NCBI GenBank assembly: GCA_004431415.1
Contig: QPMI01000641.1
Span: forward strand, 1 to 64,000
DNA from: Cyanophora paradoxa CCMP329
Taxonomy: Eukaryota; Plantae; Glaucophyta
DNA: 64,000 nucleotides
Direction of reading: 5' to 3'
A program made the translations under genes and the position numbers. Each line of letters opens with the position of its first letter. Position 1 is the stretch's first letter. Positions 28,547 through 37,814 of the stretch are shown piece by piece. The notes beneath the pieces are model-generated. The model did not search any database and was not told the origin of the DNA. It was given only the letters and a program-made list of their open reading frames with translations.

Positions 28547-31168
28547 TCAGGCTTCCACATCTGAATCCTCGAATTTGGTGCCCCTTTTCTTTGGTTGCGG
28601 CTGAGGAGAATCATCTTCTTTAATCGAATCATCATCGATTAGCTTCAACTTTCGGAATTCAGCCATCATCTCATTCCACAGGAAGTGATAGTTAGATTTT
28701 CCATTGGTCGTTTTCACTTGAATATATGTAGTCGTGCGCATCTCAGTATAGAACCGCTTGCTATTATAATCGTTTTTATATTTGTTTTCAGAGATGAAGT
28801 CTTTGAACAGCTCCCATGTCGATGCAAGACCGCCCAGCTTGGTTTTCAGCTCTGTAACTCGCTCACTATCGACAAGCCACTTCGCAAACATAAGAATAAT
28901 CGGTGCAGCCGCTTGCTGAACTAAGTAGTATCGGTTTGTAAGCGGTCTGTCTTGACTCCAATTGACTTTCTCGCAATTTACTTTCGTCCTGAGATACTGA
29001 ACGATATTTCGAATATTTCTCATATCATTCAGCCACTCGACAAGCGGGGCGAAATAATCCTTATTACAGCGCTGTTTGTCACTCACCTCAATAACGACAA
29101 AGCGACGATCATCAGCCTCGATTTTCACAGGCACAGTATTGTTACTTGTAAATACAATTCGAGCGAAATTCTTCTTATCATAAGAATCGATTCCCTTGTG
29201 CTCGATTACAATCTTCGGGGCTGTGACTATATCTTTGAGAAGGTCGCTATGTTCAAAGGTATCCTTTCCAGAAGCTTCATTTACCACAATCATAATCTTA
29301 TCCTCCCTATTGTGAGCAAACCGCCCGAATAAATCATCCTTTGGCTTGGCTGTCGAGTATGCCAATGCATCACCGAGTATCTTCTTCTCAAAGGTATCAA
29401 TGAGCATATTCTTTCCAGCGCCTTGGCGACCTAGGAAGATGAGGGACACGTTATTTAGTTCCCCCGGCTTTTGCATCATGTGGGCAAACCACTTTTTAAG
29501 ATAATCGAATGTCTTATCATCCTCGCCTGACATTAAATATAAATGCGTCAGGAAAGGCTGAATCATCTCTTCTGTGATATCCTCGGGGGGCGGCTCCTCG
29601 AATTCTTCATGATCAATCTTGAATCCAGGGTAGAGATTGAATACAGACTTGCATTTCGCGCTCAGCTTTGCAGGAGGCGGCAGGAAATCCATATAAGTGG
29701 ATCGTGTCGCCCTCGGGTCAGTAATCCATTCAGGCAACGTTTTTACCCACTTTTCGGTTTGGTTCTCAGTCCCCTCATTGAGAATCACCTTGTGAAACAG
29801 ATGGGGAAAATGCTTGGTCGCCAATTTCGTAATATCTTTCGGTCGCCAGGATAATAGCTGTTCATCCCAATACATGACAGTGCCAATACTCTCGATGTGG
29901 TGCAGTCGCGCATTTAAATATCGCAGATGGACTTCAAAGCTATCGACCATAGGTGGAATGGGGGCAGTCTTGTAGTCAATATCGTCGGAATCCTCAGGCT
30001 GAAACGAATATTTCTTGGGGAATAGCTTATTATAACTATCGCTGTTGTCCTTTTTCAGCCAGTAAACAATCGAACCGAATGTAACCCGCTTTCCTTCCAC
30101 CATTTTCTTGCCTTTGCAAAGGCTCATGAACTTCTCATGACAGTCATCATATTCATATTTTTCGCTTTTCTCCGAGAACTTATGAAATAGCTCTACTTGT
30201 TGCTTGCGAGGGATATTGTTGTCTTCGCAAGTATTGATTATAGCAATACCTACGTCGATCCATGTCTTATATTCATTAGCTCGCTCCCCACTGAGGCTCA
30301 TAATGACTTCTTGCAACAGTTCAAACGAAACCTTATTTTCTTTGAGATCGTCCAACACCTCCTCCTTCTTCTTCACAGGTTCTTTACAGGGCTTGTCCTT
30401 AACAGACTTGGGCGCCACCGTTTGCTTAGGTTCCTCAGGCTTTGTAGCTTCCTTTTGTTTATCGACCGCAAAGGCTGACATGGTGTCTACTTCCACCCAC
30501 TTAGTGGGGCGATCGAAACATTGCACCAGGAAAAAGCCATCGTGCATGCCTTCTTTCTCACAATCAATGAACTTAGTGAACACAACATTCTTATCGACAT
30601 CGTGCTTTGATTTGCTTTGAGCGTCCAAAGCTTCGCCTTTGCAGCAACGGAGGCAGATCAGGTTTTGAGTTGTTCCATAAACGCCACTATCGAATTCGAC
30701 ATTTTTGATGAGACCCATCGCTTTAAAAAGCTTTGGAATGTCTTCGTGGCGGCAGACCAGATCGGTAAATACGAAATGCCCGGAAATCTTGAACTTAGTG
30801 ACATTCTCTTTGATTAAATGAACCCGCCGATGGCGAACAGCAACCGCAATAGTAGATCCTGATAGGTCTTGCAATTTCTTGCGCATTTCCCTGATGATCT
30901 CTTCGGCTTCCTTGTAATTGTCGGCAACATCAGGTTTCAGATCTACGAACTTGTCCAGATCCAGATAAACACGAGTTACTTGATCAGGTTGTATGCATTC
31001 CGCCCAGGTAGGGAAGGTCATATTGTCTCGTTTCTTTGAGTTATTGATGCGCTCAATAATCTCATCGTCGGTTAACTCAATTAAATTGGACTTATTGCGT
31101 TCACCTTTCAGACATTTCAGAAAGGTGCCCTTGGTATTCGAGAATGCGAATTTCGTGATAGCGTCCAT
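28547..31168 (-). CDS. Archaeo-eukaryotic primase - PriCT-2 - SF3 (D5-like) helicase fusion
   Basis: AEP motifs RVYLDLD / KISGH / FDSGVY; PriCT-2 YKTWIDVGIAI..FHKFSEKSEKY; Walker A GRQGAGKN, Walker B IVVNE, motif C FTSNN, arginine finger DDRRF. Confidence 0.9.
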   Translation of the reverse strand: MDAITKFAFSNTKGTFLKCLKGERNKSNLIELTDDEIIERINNSKKRDNMTFPTWAECIQPDQVTRVYLDLDKFVDLKPDVADNYKEAEEIIREMRKKLQDLSGSTIAVAVRHRRVHLIKENVTKFKISGHFVFTDLVCRHEDIPKLFKAMGLIKNVEFDSGVYGTTQNLICLRCCKGEALDAQSKSKHDVDKNVVFTKFIDCEKEGMHDGFFLVQCFDRPTKWVEVDTMSAFAVDKQKEATKPEEPKQTVAPKSVKDKPCKEPVKKKEEVLDDLKENKVSFELLQEVIMSLSGERANEYKTWIDVGIAIINTCEDNNIPRKQQVELFHKFSEKSEKYEYDDCHEKFMSLCKGKKMVEGKRVTFGSIVYWLKKDNSDSYNKLFPKKYSFQPEDSDDIDYKTAPIPPMVDSFEVHLRYLNARLHHIESIGTVMYWDEQLLSWRPKDITKLATKHFPHLFHKVILNEGTENQTEKWVKTLPEWITDPRATRSTYMDFLPPPAKLSAKCKSVFNLYPGFKIDHEEFEEPPPEDITEEMIQPFLTHLYLMSGEDDKTFDYLKKWFAHMMQKPGELNNVSLIFLGRQGAGKNMLIDTFEKKILGDALAYSTAKPKDDLFGRFAHNREDKIMIVVNEASGKDTFEHSDLLKDIVTAPKIVIEHKGIDSYDKKNFARIVFTSNNTVPVKIEADDRRFVVIEVSDKQRCNKDYFAPLVEWLNDMRNIRNIVQYLRTKVNCEKVNWSQDRPLTNRYYLVQQAAAPIILMFAKWLVDSERVTELKTKLGGLASTWELFKDFISENKYKNDYNSKRFYTEMRTTTYIQVKTTNGKSNYHFLWNEMMAEFRKLKLIDDDSIKEDDSPQPQPKKRGTKFEDSDVEA

Positions 31169-31377
31169 CTTCTCTGTTTTACTCTAAGCGGAGAAAATAT
31201 TTTTCAGGTTGTTCATTTTTTGCGCATTATCCTTAAATCCCTTTACAGTTTTTTCCCGATGATAAAATCGATTGCGATCGGGCAACCGATAGTATGGTAA
31301 GGAGCTTCCCGATTTGCATCGGAAAGCCGCTCGAAAAATAAGGAATAGGCTCAGCGGCAATCGAGAGTTTGCGTTTC

Positions 31378-31608
31378 CTAATACTTACGGGGGCGCCCCC
31401 GCTTTCCCATATGGCTTCCCTCCTCGGCCTTGCGACGATAATACGATTCCAAAGCCATCTTCTTCTTGAATTCGCGATATTCGGGATCCTCGTTATACCG
31501 ATTCCGCATTTTGATGATTTCACGGATCCGATAATTAAGTCCGTCGCCTTTCTTCATGTCCTCAGTGACAAGCTTTGCCTCAATATTTACAGCAGCGATG
31601 GTGGTCAT
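31378..31608 (-). CDS. Small basic DNA-binding protein with a C-terminal AT-hook
   Basis: Ends in KRGRPRKY; preceded by the conserved motif AAAATATTTTCTCCGCTTTGAGTAA. Confidence 0.75.
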   Translation of the reverse strand: MTTIAAVNIEAKLVTEDMKKGDGLNYRIREIIKMRNRYNEDPEYREFKKKMALESYYRRKAEEGSHMGKRGRPRKY

Positions 31609-31827
31609 CTTTGCGTTTCCTTACTCAAAGCGGAGAAAATATTTTATCAGTCGTATTTCCTATTTCTTCTTTAAATCATTTTCTGAGCTGTCATTTTTTG
31701 TGACCGAAGCGAGCTCTTCTCTACGTTTTTTAATAGCGGCTTCCAGTGCATATTGCGCGCATTTCCTGTATAGGATCGCGTAGAGATCAGGGTCGGGCAT
31801 TCGATACTATTTAACGCGAAAATAGTT

Positions 31828-32175
31828 TCAGCGATCGTATTCGCCCAAATAAAGCGGATTTATTGGCGGATATGGCGAATCAACGCGAATATGACCTTCT
31901 ACGAAATTAGGGCACGACCGGCGTCGTATATAGGATACTTGCACGTCTTCTATTGCTACCTGTGGGATTATATTGGAGTCAGCGGGCACAGGCGAGGGCG
32001 ATCGGGATCGTGGGCGATCGTGATTATCGCTGTGGTTGGAATATACAGATAATCGCCTTCCTCCATTATCCTCGTCAGAAATGTCAACCTCTACGGTTGT
32101 GTCGCAGCAGGAGTTGTGGCACGTGCTTGTGAAATGCAGGTGAAACATCTCAATGCATTGTGTGATGAAATTCAT
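31828..32175 (-). CDS. Viral hypothetical protein (probable start MNFITQC; SCC motif, RS-rich)
   Basis: Internal ATG within the ORF track entry 31828..32310; start uncertain. Confidence 0.4.
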   Translation of the reverse strand: MNFITQCIEMFHLHFTSTCHNSCCDTTVEVDISDEDNGGRRLSVYSNHSDNHDRPRSRSPSPVPADSNIIPQVAIEDVQVSYIRRRSCPNFVEGHIRVDSPYPPINPLYLGEYDR

Positions 32176-32404
32176 CGACCCTAATATTGCACAACGTATT
32201 AAATATTGGAGAAAAGAAAAGGGAATGAGGGTGTTACTTGCTCGTGTGTTCCCATACGAATTAGTCGACCTTATAATGGTGTTTGTGGAGCCGTCCTGTC
32301 CCTTTTGCAAGGGAATTCATATTAAGACCCGCTCTAAATACGGGCGGATTCATTTATGTTTGAACGACTTGCACATTAGAAGCGACGACGCCCACCAAAC
32401 ATAG
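32165..32404 (+). CDS. Viral hypothetical small protein with CPFC motif
   Basis: MKFIDP...FPYELVDLIMVFVEPSCPFCKG; overlaps its neighbours at both ends. Confidence 0.4.
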   Translation: MKFIDPNIAQRIKYWRKEKGMRVLLARVFPYELVDLIMVFVEPSCPFCKGIHIKTRSKYGRIHLCLNDLHIRSDDAHQT

Positions 32405-33047
32405 ATGACAGATTGGCACCCGGCTGTGCATGCACACCCGATGGGTTAACGAAACCGCCCGGCTTTGGTGCATTTTCAGCTATGACTGTCTCTTTTCTTT
32501 CGACTGTCTGAACATCGGGAACAGTCGCCCGCTTCTTTTCCATTTCCACGCGAACAGCTTGTTTAATCAGCTTGCGCTGTTTGTATTCCTTAGTGAAATC
32601 ATCAAAGGCTCGCACAGTAGTGTCGTATGTAGCCAGTCGCGCTTCGAGCGCCCTAAACTTCTCCTCTAATTCCTGACCGACTTTCTCGCCCTTGGTCACA
32701 TAGACAGATGCCCGCTTTTTAGGGGCTTCCATCGATGCAGGTAAAGCGGCTGTTGCTTCGGCTTTTACCACCTTATTATCAGTAAGCTTTTCGCCTGTGA
32801 GCTGTGATTCGGCGAGGGATTGATCCGCCAGCTTTCTATCAGTGGAATCGACCGGCTCTCGCTTAGCATCCACCTTTTGAGCACGCTCTGAAACCTTGGT
32901 ATTCGGATCAATCAGATCGAAATCTATTTGGTCAGAAGCGGCAGCACCACCAGTGCGACCGGCATCCTCCGCAGGATTAATCTTGCCAGCGACAACAGCG
33001 CTTTGATCTTCCATTTGGATAGCTTTCCGCGAGTTCTTGGGTGGCAT
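32376..33047 (-). CDS. Viral hypothetical protein (coiled coil, possible core/scaffold protein)
   Basis: 223-aa ORF directly downstream of the ATPase; upstream ATAAATTTCTCGC motif; ends in MFGGRRRF. Confidence 0.75.
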   Translation of the reverse strand: MPPKNSRKAIQMEDQSAVVAGKINPAEDAGRTGGAAASDQIDFDLIDPNTKVSERAQKVDAKREPVDSTDRKLADQSLAESQLTGEKLTDNKVVKAEATAALPASMEAPKKRASVYVTKGEKVGQELEEKFRALEARLATYDTTVRAFDDFTKEYKQRKLIKQAVRVEMEKKRATVPDVQTVERKETVIAENAPKPGGFVNPSGVHAQPGANLSSMFGGRRRF

Positions 33048-33070
33048 TTATCATTATGCGAGAAATTTAT

Positions 33071-33982
33071 TCAAAATTTACCCAATTTCTTTGCAAATTT
33101 TGGGCGGCGCTTTTCTTGGTATGCCAGCAATAGATTGGGGTCTTTAAGTAGGTCGGCTTCGATTATTCTCTTGGTGGATCGCTTTAAGGTTGCGACGTTT
33201 CCACTCACAGGTTTCGTAATATCGGTGGTTTGGGGTTGGTCGCCATTTACCGCGCCCGACGTCGGTTTTACCGACTGTTTACCAGCGGTCTTTATGTCGT
33301 CCGCCGCTTTCTTAAAGAAGCGCTTGAATTTATATTCGTCGGGCACCGGATCCGCTTTGCCCACAGAGAATTCCAGGCTATATTTCGCATTGTTTACCAC
33401 GATCACCTGATAGCTGTGACTGTATTCGGTCATCACCTTCTCGAACCACCGCTTTTCGTATGGATTAAACTCGTCCTCGGCGCTCTCCATCTCTTTTCTA
33501 TTGGGCAATGAGAACAGGAATATATATTCGGCGTTTACTCTGAGTGTCGGCGAGATTTTCGTGAGTTTCTGTGACAAAATCCAGACGCTCACAAACAGAT
33601 GGCGTCCAGCAGTGAAAAGACGATTTAATATAGGCTCACCCTTTCCTGACATCGATAGACTCGGATTATCAATAAAATCGTCCAGCACAATTAACAGGTT
33701 ACCGACTTTCTCATTTTTCTTGATCCTCTCCTTGCGTTTCTCTATTATATTGTCGATCAGCTTATGGTCGAAATCCTCATACAGATACGATGTGACATTG
33801 TCGTATTGATGATTCCAGATCGTGGAGGCGAATATCATCACCGAATCTATCTTGTCCTCGTTGTGGTAAAGCAGGTATTTCAAAAACACTGACTTCCCAG
33901 TTGCAGTTTTGCCCACAAAAACGGCGCGATTCGGAAATTCCAGGCTTCCCGGGTCAAACTCACTCAGATCTTGTATATCCAT
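33071..33982 (-). CDS. A32/FtsK-like genome packaging ATPase
   Basis: Walker A VFVGKTATGKS, Walker B LLIVLDD, GRH..VSVWILSQ, ISPTLRVNA; probable start at MDIQDLSEFDP (33982). Confidence 0.93.
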   Translation of the reverse strand: MDIQDLSEFDPGSLEFPNRAVFVGKTATGKSVFLKYLLYHNEDKIDSVMIFASTIWNHQYDNVTSYLYEDFDHKLIDNIIEKRKERIKKNEKVGNLLIVLDDFIDNPSLSMSGKGEPILNRLFTAGRHLFVSVWILSQKLTKISPTLRVNAEYIFLFSLPNRKEMESAEDEFNPYEKRWFEKVMTEYSHSYQVIVVNNAKYSLEFSVGKADPVPDEYKFKRFFKKAADDIKTAGKQSVKPTSGAVNGDQPQTTDITKPVSGNVATLKRSTKRIIEADLLKDPNLLLAYQEKRRPKFAKKLGKF

Positions 33983-34027
33983 TTCCCTTATAAGAAACAT
34001 ATAAAAATTACGAAACGCCACAGCCCT

Positions 34028-35476
34028 CTATGCGCTTATCTTAGACAATCCATTGGCATTCATCACAAGAATATTGTGGCAGTAAGCCGAGATCTGAACA
34101 CCGACCTTTGTCCAGGTGGCGAGGGGTGTGCCATTGGGTGTGAGGAGCAGGAAACTTGAAGCTGATTGAGTTAGATCGACGTAGCCAGTCGCCTTCTCAC
34201 CTTTGAGCGCCGCTTTACCATCGAGGGCAAAGCAGAAGCCAGTGTAAATGGGGCGCTTGTTGCTATCGATCCAGTTGGTCATCTTGAATTTATCGGCGAG
34301 CTCCATAGCCGCAGATTGCAGCGGGACACCAGTATTAGAATATAGGTAATTGTTGTTATTCAGAACTTGCATCACGACATTATCATCGAAGGCAAGGGTG
34401 CGGACAGTAGAGTGCCCTCCTTTATTATCGCCGAGTGTGTTTTCGTCGCGAACCTTGACAACAAGTGCATAAACGAGTCCAGAAATTTGAGATAGTGACA
34501 GGCGGAGACCAGAGCCGAGAGCTTGACCGGTATAATCCGCAAACTGAATATCAGTGTAGGGGATGGCAATGCCAGAAGTCTTAACACGAGTAATGATTTC
34601 GCCCATCGTTTCCTCATCGATGTTAACAGCATCCATAATAAGACGAGGGGTCGTCATTTCCAGATTTGCAAGAGCAGGGGTGGGTGTGAGAGCCGCACTA
34701 TCGAAAATCGCAGTGGCATTAGGGTGGGCTAAGGTCTTAATATTTCCGAAAGCAGCCGCAGCAATAGCCGTCGTCTCGCCATCAGTAGAATTGGCAGCGG
34801 TAATAGCAGCAGTGTTATTCTGAGCGTAAACGCCAGGAACCGCCGCAGTTTCGAGCAGCGCAGGGGTTTGGAAGTGCACCTCGACCGCGATTTCGGATGG
34901 GAGCGCACCGATGGGCACACCAGCATCGAGGAAGCTCGGAATTCGCATGGTAAAAATGCCACCGGCTTGGTTGCCGCCCTCTACCTTAGGTCCGAGATGC
35001 AGCCCATGCTTGCGCTTCTTTTGCTCGAATTCAGCCGGAGAGTTAGCCAGGAAAGCGTAATCTACCAGTCGCTCAGCCGGAATAATTTGCTCATACGACC
35101 CGTATTTAATGCTGACTCGCTGAACAAACGAGCCAGGAAGCCCGCGGACGAATCCAGTGTTGAATAGATCAGCCGAGCAGTCAGCAGAGGTCTTAGCGAT
35201 GGCAGTCAGCGCCTTTGCCGTAGGGATGGTAACTTGGAGGCTAATACCATTGCACCAATTGTAGCGAGGGAGATAGAAGACCACACGAGTGGTAGCACCA
35301 GTAGAGGAGAACAGATTGCCGGGATCCGCAATTGGGAGCACCTCAACACGAGAAGGCTTGAATTGTTTATCAACGCCCACAATAAATCCGCGATCCAAAA
35401 GCATGCTCTTGTAATCCTCCGGGGTTTCGAGGACGGATTTGAGCGTGAGGCGGCTAAGCGAGGTCGTGGGATCCAT
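34028..35476 (-). CDS. Major capsid protein (double jelly-roll, PLV type)
   Basis: 482 aa, beta-rich (RVVFYLPRY..GISLQVTI, FVQRVSIKYGS); C-terminal TGYVDL...VQISAYCHNILVM..NG typical of DJR capsids; lies between the ATPase and a penton. Confidence 0.82.
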   Translation of the reverse strand: MDPTTSLSRLTLKSVLETPEDYKSMLLDRGFIVGVDKQFKPSRVEVLPIADPGNLFSSTGATTRVVFYLPRYNWCNGISLQVTIPTAKALTAIAKTSADCSADLFNTGFVRGLPGSFVQRVSIKYGSYEQIIPAERLVDYAFLANSPAEFEQKKRKHGLHLGPKVEGGNQAGGIFTMRIPSFLDAGVPIGALPSEIAVEVHFQTPALLETAAVPGVYAQNNTAAITAANSTDGETTAIAAAAFGNIKTLAHPNATAIFDSAALTPTPALANLEMTTPRLIMDAVNIDEETMGEIITRVKTSGIAIPYTDIQFADYTGQALGSGLRLSLSQISGLVYALVVKVRDENTLGDNKGGHSTVRTLAFDDNVVMQVLNNNNYLYSNTGVPLQSAAMELADKFKMTNWIDSNKRPIYTGFCFALDGKAALKGEKATGYVDLTQSASSFLLLTPNGTPLATWTKVGVQISAYCHNILVMNANGLSKISA

Positions 35477-35509
35477 ATTTCGTTTTTATCTTCCGCTGAG
35501 AAATTTATT

Positions 35510-36796
35510 TTAGAAGAACGGATTATTTTTTACAGCCACCCCGCTCAACGCATTCGTTAAATTGCCGCAATGCGGGTAGTCCTCATATAGCATTTTCGCG
35601 AATCCCTTATTAACGATGCGCTGTAAATCGTCGTCGGGCTCATCCACTCCCATAGTGAGTTCCAAAATGAATGTGTGCTCACAGCTTCCGAGGAAATACC
35701 TATAACCGCTCTCTGTCAGGATTTGCACGGTTAAACTATCAAAGGAAAGGCGGGTGTTAAAGTATTTCGTGAAAGCATCCGCCCCATAATTAATAAGCTC
35801 AGCATCCGCATAGGCTGTGCCTTTCGAAATCGGGATCTTAGCGAGGAATCCATTAGTAGCCTCGGTGCATGTCGTAAAAAGCGAGCAGTCCGGCTCTGTG
35901 ATCTTTAAGACTATTGCATTATCCGGTGTATAATCAGGGGCAGTGCCTCCGGCTATGCCTAAGACCAGAGCCGTCGAATTATAATTGCGGAATGCATCAC
36001 CAGCTGAGTAAACGACACCACTCCCAGCAAAGGCTGTATAGCCCGAACCGTTGTATTGATCTATCATTATATTCTCTCTGATCGATGTAAACCCGAGAAG
36101 AGTCATCGTGCGATAGGCGAGCACCTTTCTTTCATTCGCAGTAGACGCAGTGGCATTACTCGGACCATATTTCGTGAAAGCTATGTAGACATAATCACTC
36201 GAATAAAAGCATATGGCGTTTAATGTGCTCTCAAAACGACATCTCACCACCGGGTAAAAGGTTCCCCCGGTCGATGCGTAGCTTGGATTAATTTTTGTAT
36301 CGATCATATCCTTGATGTAGTTGCCAGTTCCATTTTTCGTTAAGATGTTATCGATTGCAGTTGCAAGGTCGGTTCCAGTCGAGTATGTGCCCGGAGGGAT
36401 CGTAATTGCTACGTCTCTGTATCGGGTATATCTTCTGAAAGTGTTTAGGTAATCAGGCGGTATATAGTTGCCTTGGTCGCCAGCATCTATGGCTTTGTAA
36501 GCGTCATATATTGCAGTTGCCTGTGAATCTCTGATTTCCTGAGTGGCACCATTCAGCTGACCGCTCGAAAATCGGTAAGGAAATGATATGAAAATCGTAT
36601 TAGCATCATCGGCTTTCGTTTCCCCGATCTCAGTATAGAATTGAGGGCTTGGAACCGTGGGAATCGTGTTGGAAAATTCGATCTGTCGCACAGCGATGCT
36701 CTTCACATTGTGGTATTGCTTTGGAAGGGTCACCTTATAGGAATGAGCCGAGCCCTCTGATCGATCACGGCTACTGATGCTGAGATACTCGCGCAT
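35510..36796 (-). CDS. Minor capsid protein (penton) paralog 1
   Basis: MREYLSISSRDR...YKVTLPKQYHNVKSIAVRQIEFSNT, ITIPPGTYS, TLLGF, LAKIPI, SLTVQIL...EHTFILEL; true start probably the ATG at 36796. Confidence 0.8.
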   Translation of the reverse strand: MREYLSISSRDRSEGSAHSYKVTLPKQYHNVKSIAVRQIEFSNTIPTVPSPQFYTEIGETKADDANTIFISFPYRFSSGQLNGATQEIRDSQATAIYDAYKAIDAGDQGNYIPPDYLNTFRRYTRYRDVAITIPPGTYSTGTDLATAIDNILTKNGTGNYIKDMIDTKINPSYASTGGTFYPVVRCRFESTLNAICFYSSDYVYIAFTKYGPSNATASTANERKVLAYRTMTLLGFTSIRENIMIDQYNGSGYTAFAGSGVVYSAGDAFRNYNSTALVLGIAGGTAPDYTPDNAIVLKITEPDCSLFTTCTEATNGFLAKIPISKGTAYADAELINYGADAFTKYFNTRLSFDSLTVQILTESGYRYFLGSCEHTFILELTMGVDEPDDDLQRIVNKGFAKMLYEDYPHCGNLTNALSGVAVKNNPFF

Positions 36797-36823
36797 TTTA
36801 TTCTTTATTAATAGGAAATAAAA
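36797..36823. promoter_or_regulatory. 27-bp AT-rich quasi-palindromic spacer between two divergent ATGs (putative bidirectional promoter)
   Basis: CAT-TTTATTCTTTATTAATAGGAAATAAAA-ATG, centred on TATTAATA. Confidence 0.5.
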
Positions 36824-37796
36824 ATGATTCGGAAGCCAGTTAACGATTTCTATAATGGCAAGTTTACGAGGGTCAATGTTAATATCGATTCTATTGAGCG
36901 CAGTGCAGGGCACCCGGGAGAATATACAGTAAAGCTTTCTCAGCGACTTCTGAACGTAAAAGGGGTGCGCATTGCGAGCGCCGAGCTCCCAAACACGATT
37001 TATGCTGTCACCGATAATTCCAGAGGCGTGACCATACAGGGAATGACGAACAGCATCACCTTTTCCCCTTTCCCTGATATTGGGAACTACACCCCGCGAT
37101 TTGGGGATATGGTAATAAGAACTTAGGCTACTCGGGCAGCTTTGTCGATGTAAACCCTCTCACAAGCGAAAGCGTCACAGTCTACTACAAGTGGCTCTAT
37201 AATCCAGCGACTATGAAAATTACGTTTTATTCGAGCATTCCCCTCGCACTGAGCTGTGCACATGACGACTTTGCAAGGTTCCATGGAATGATCAAAGGGA
37301 TATGTATCAAACAATTCCAGTTGGTGAGGGTTCAGAGCATCTCACGGTAGACTATTTACCCCTCACACCCAGCAATCCAAAATACTCATTTCTACAAGCC
37401 TATGAGGGCAAAACAAAATACCCCGCCGGAATATCTGTGCTTCCATTCCCTCTCGAACATGTAGTGACCTTCCCAAATGCGATTAATCTAAATCCGACCC
37501 CCTATGTTTACCTACAAATTAAAGAGTTTACTCCCTTTTACGACAGGTATATGGTAGCAGCAAAGACAGATGAGGGCGGAAATGCAAACCTCGCTAAGGT
37601 TCCACTAACCAGCCCCTTGGGATCGTTTGTTTACTACCTGACATTCCGCAGAATCGATACTGTGGAGTTCTTTAATTCCCACGATCAGGCTTATGATATA
37701 GACACCCTCACAATTAAATGGCTCGATGCCTACAATAATGTAGTCGACTTTAATGGCGTTAATCACAGCTTTATATTAGAGGTGCTATCGGGTTAA
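36824..37796 (+). pseudogene. Minor capsid protein (penton) paralog 2, split by two -1 frameshifts (~37100 and ~37295; possibly sequencing errors)
   Basis: VNIDSIERS..YTVKLSQRLLNVKGVRIASAELPNTIY in the first frame, YNPATMKITFYSS..FARFHGM in the second, NLNPTPYVYLQI..LAKVP..LTIKWLD..VDFNGVNHSFILEV in the third. Confidence 0.75.
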
Positions 37797-37814
37797 AATA
37801 ATCTTATATTACAA

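Noticed and set aside
35510-36913. 467-aa version of penton 1 and 316-aa version of the ATPase as given in the ORF track
   Set aside because: The penton extension overlaps the opposite-strand penton gene, and the ATPase extension starts at a GTG in the AT-rich intergenic gap. The internal ATGs at 36796 and 33982 fit better.
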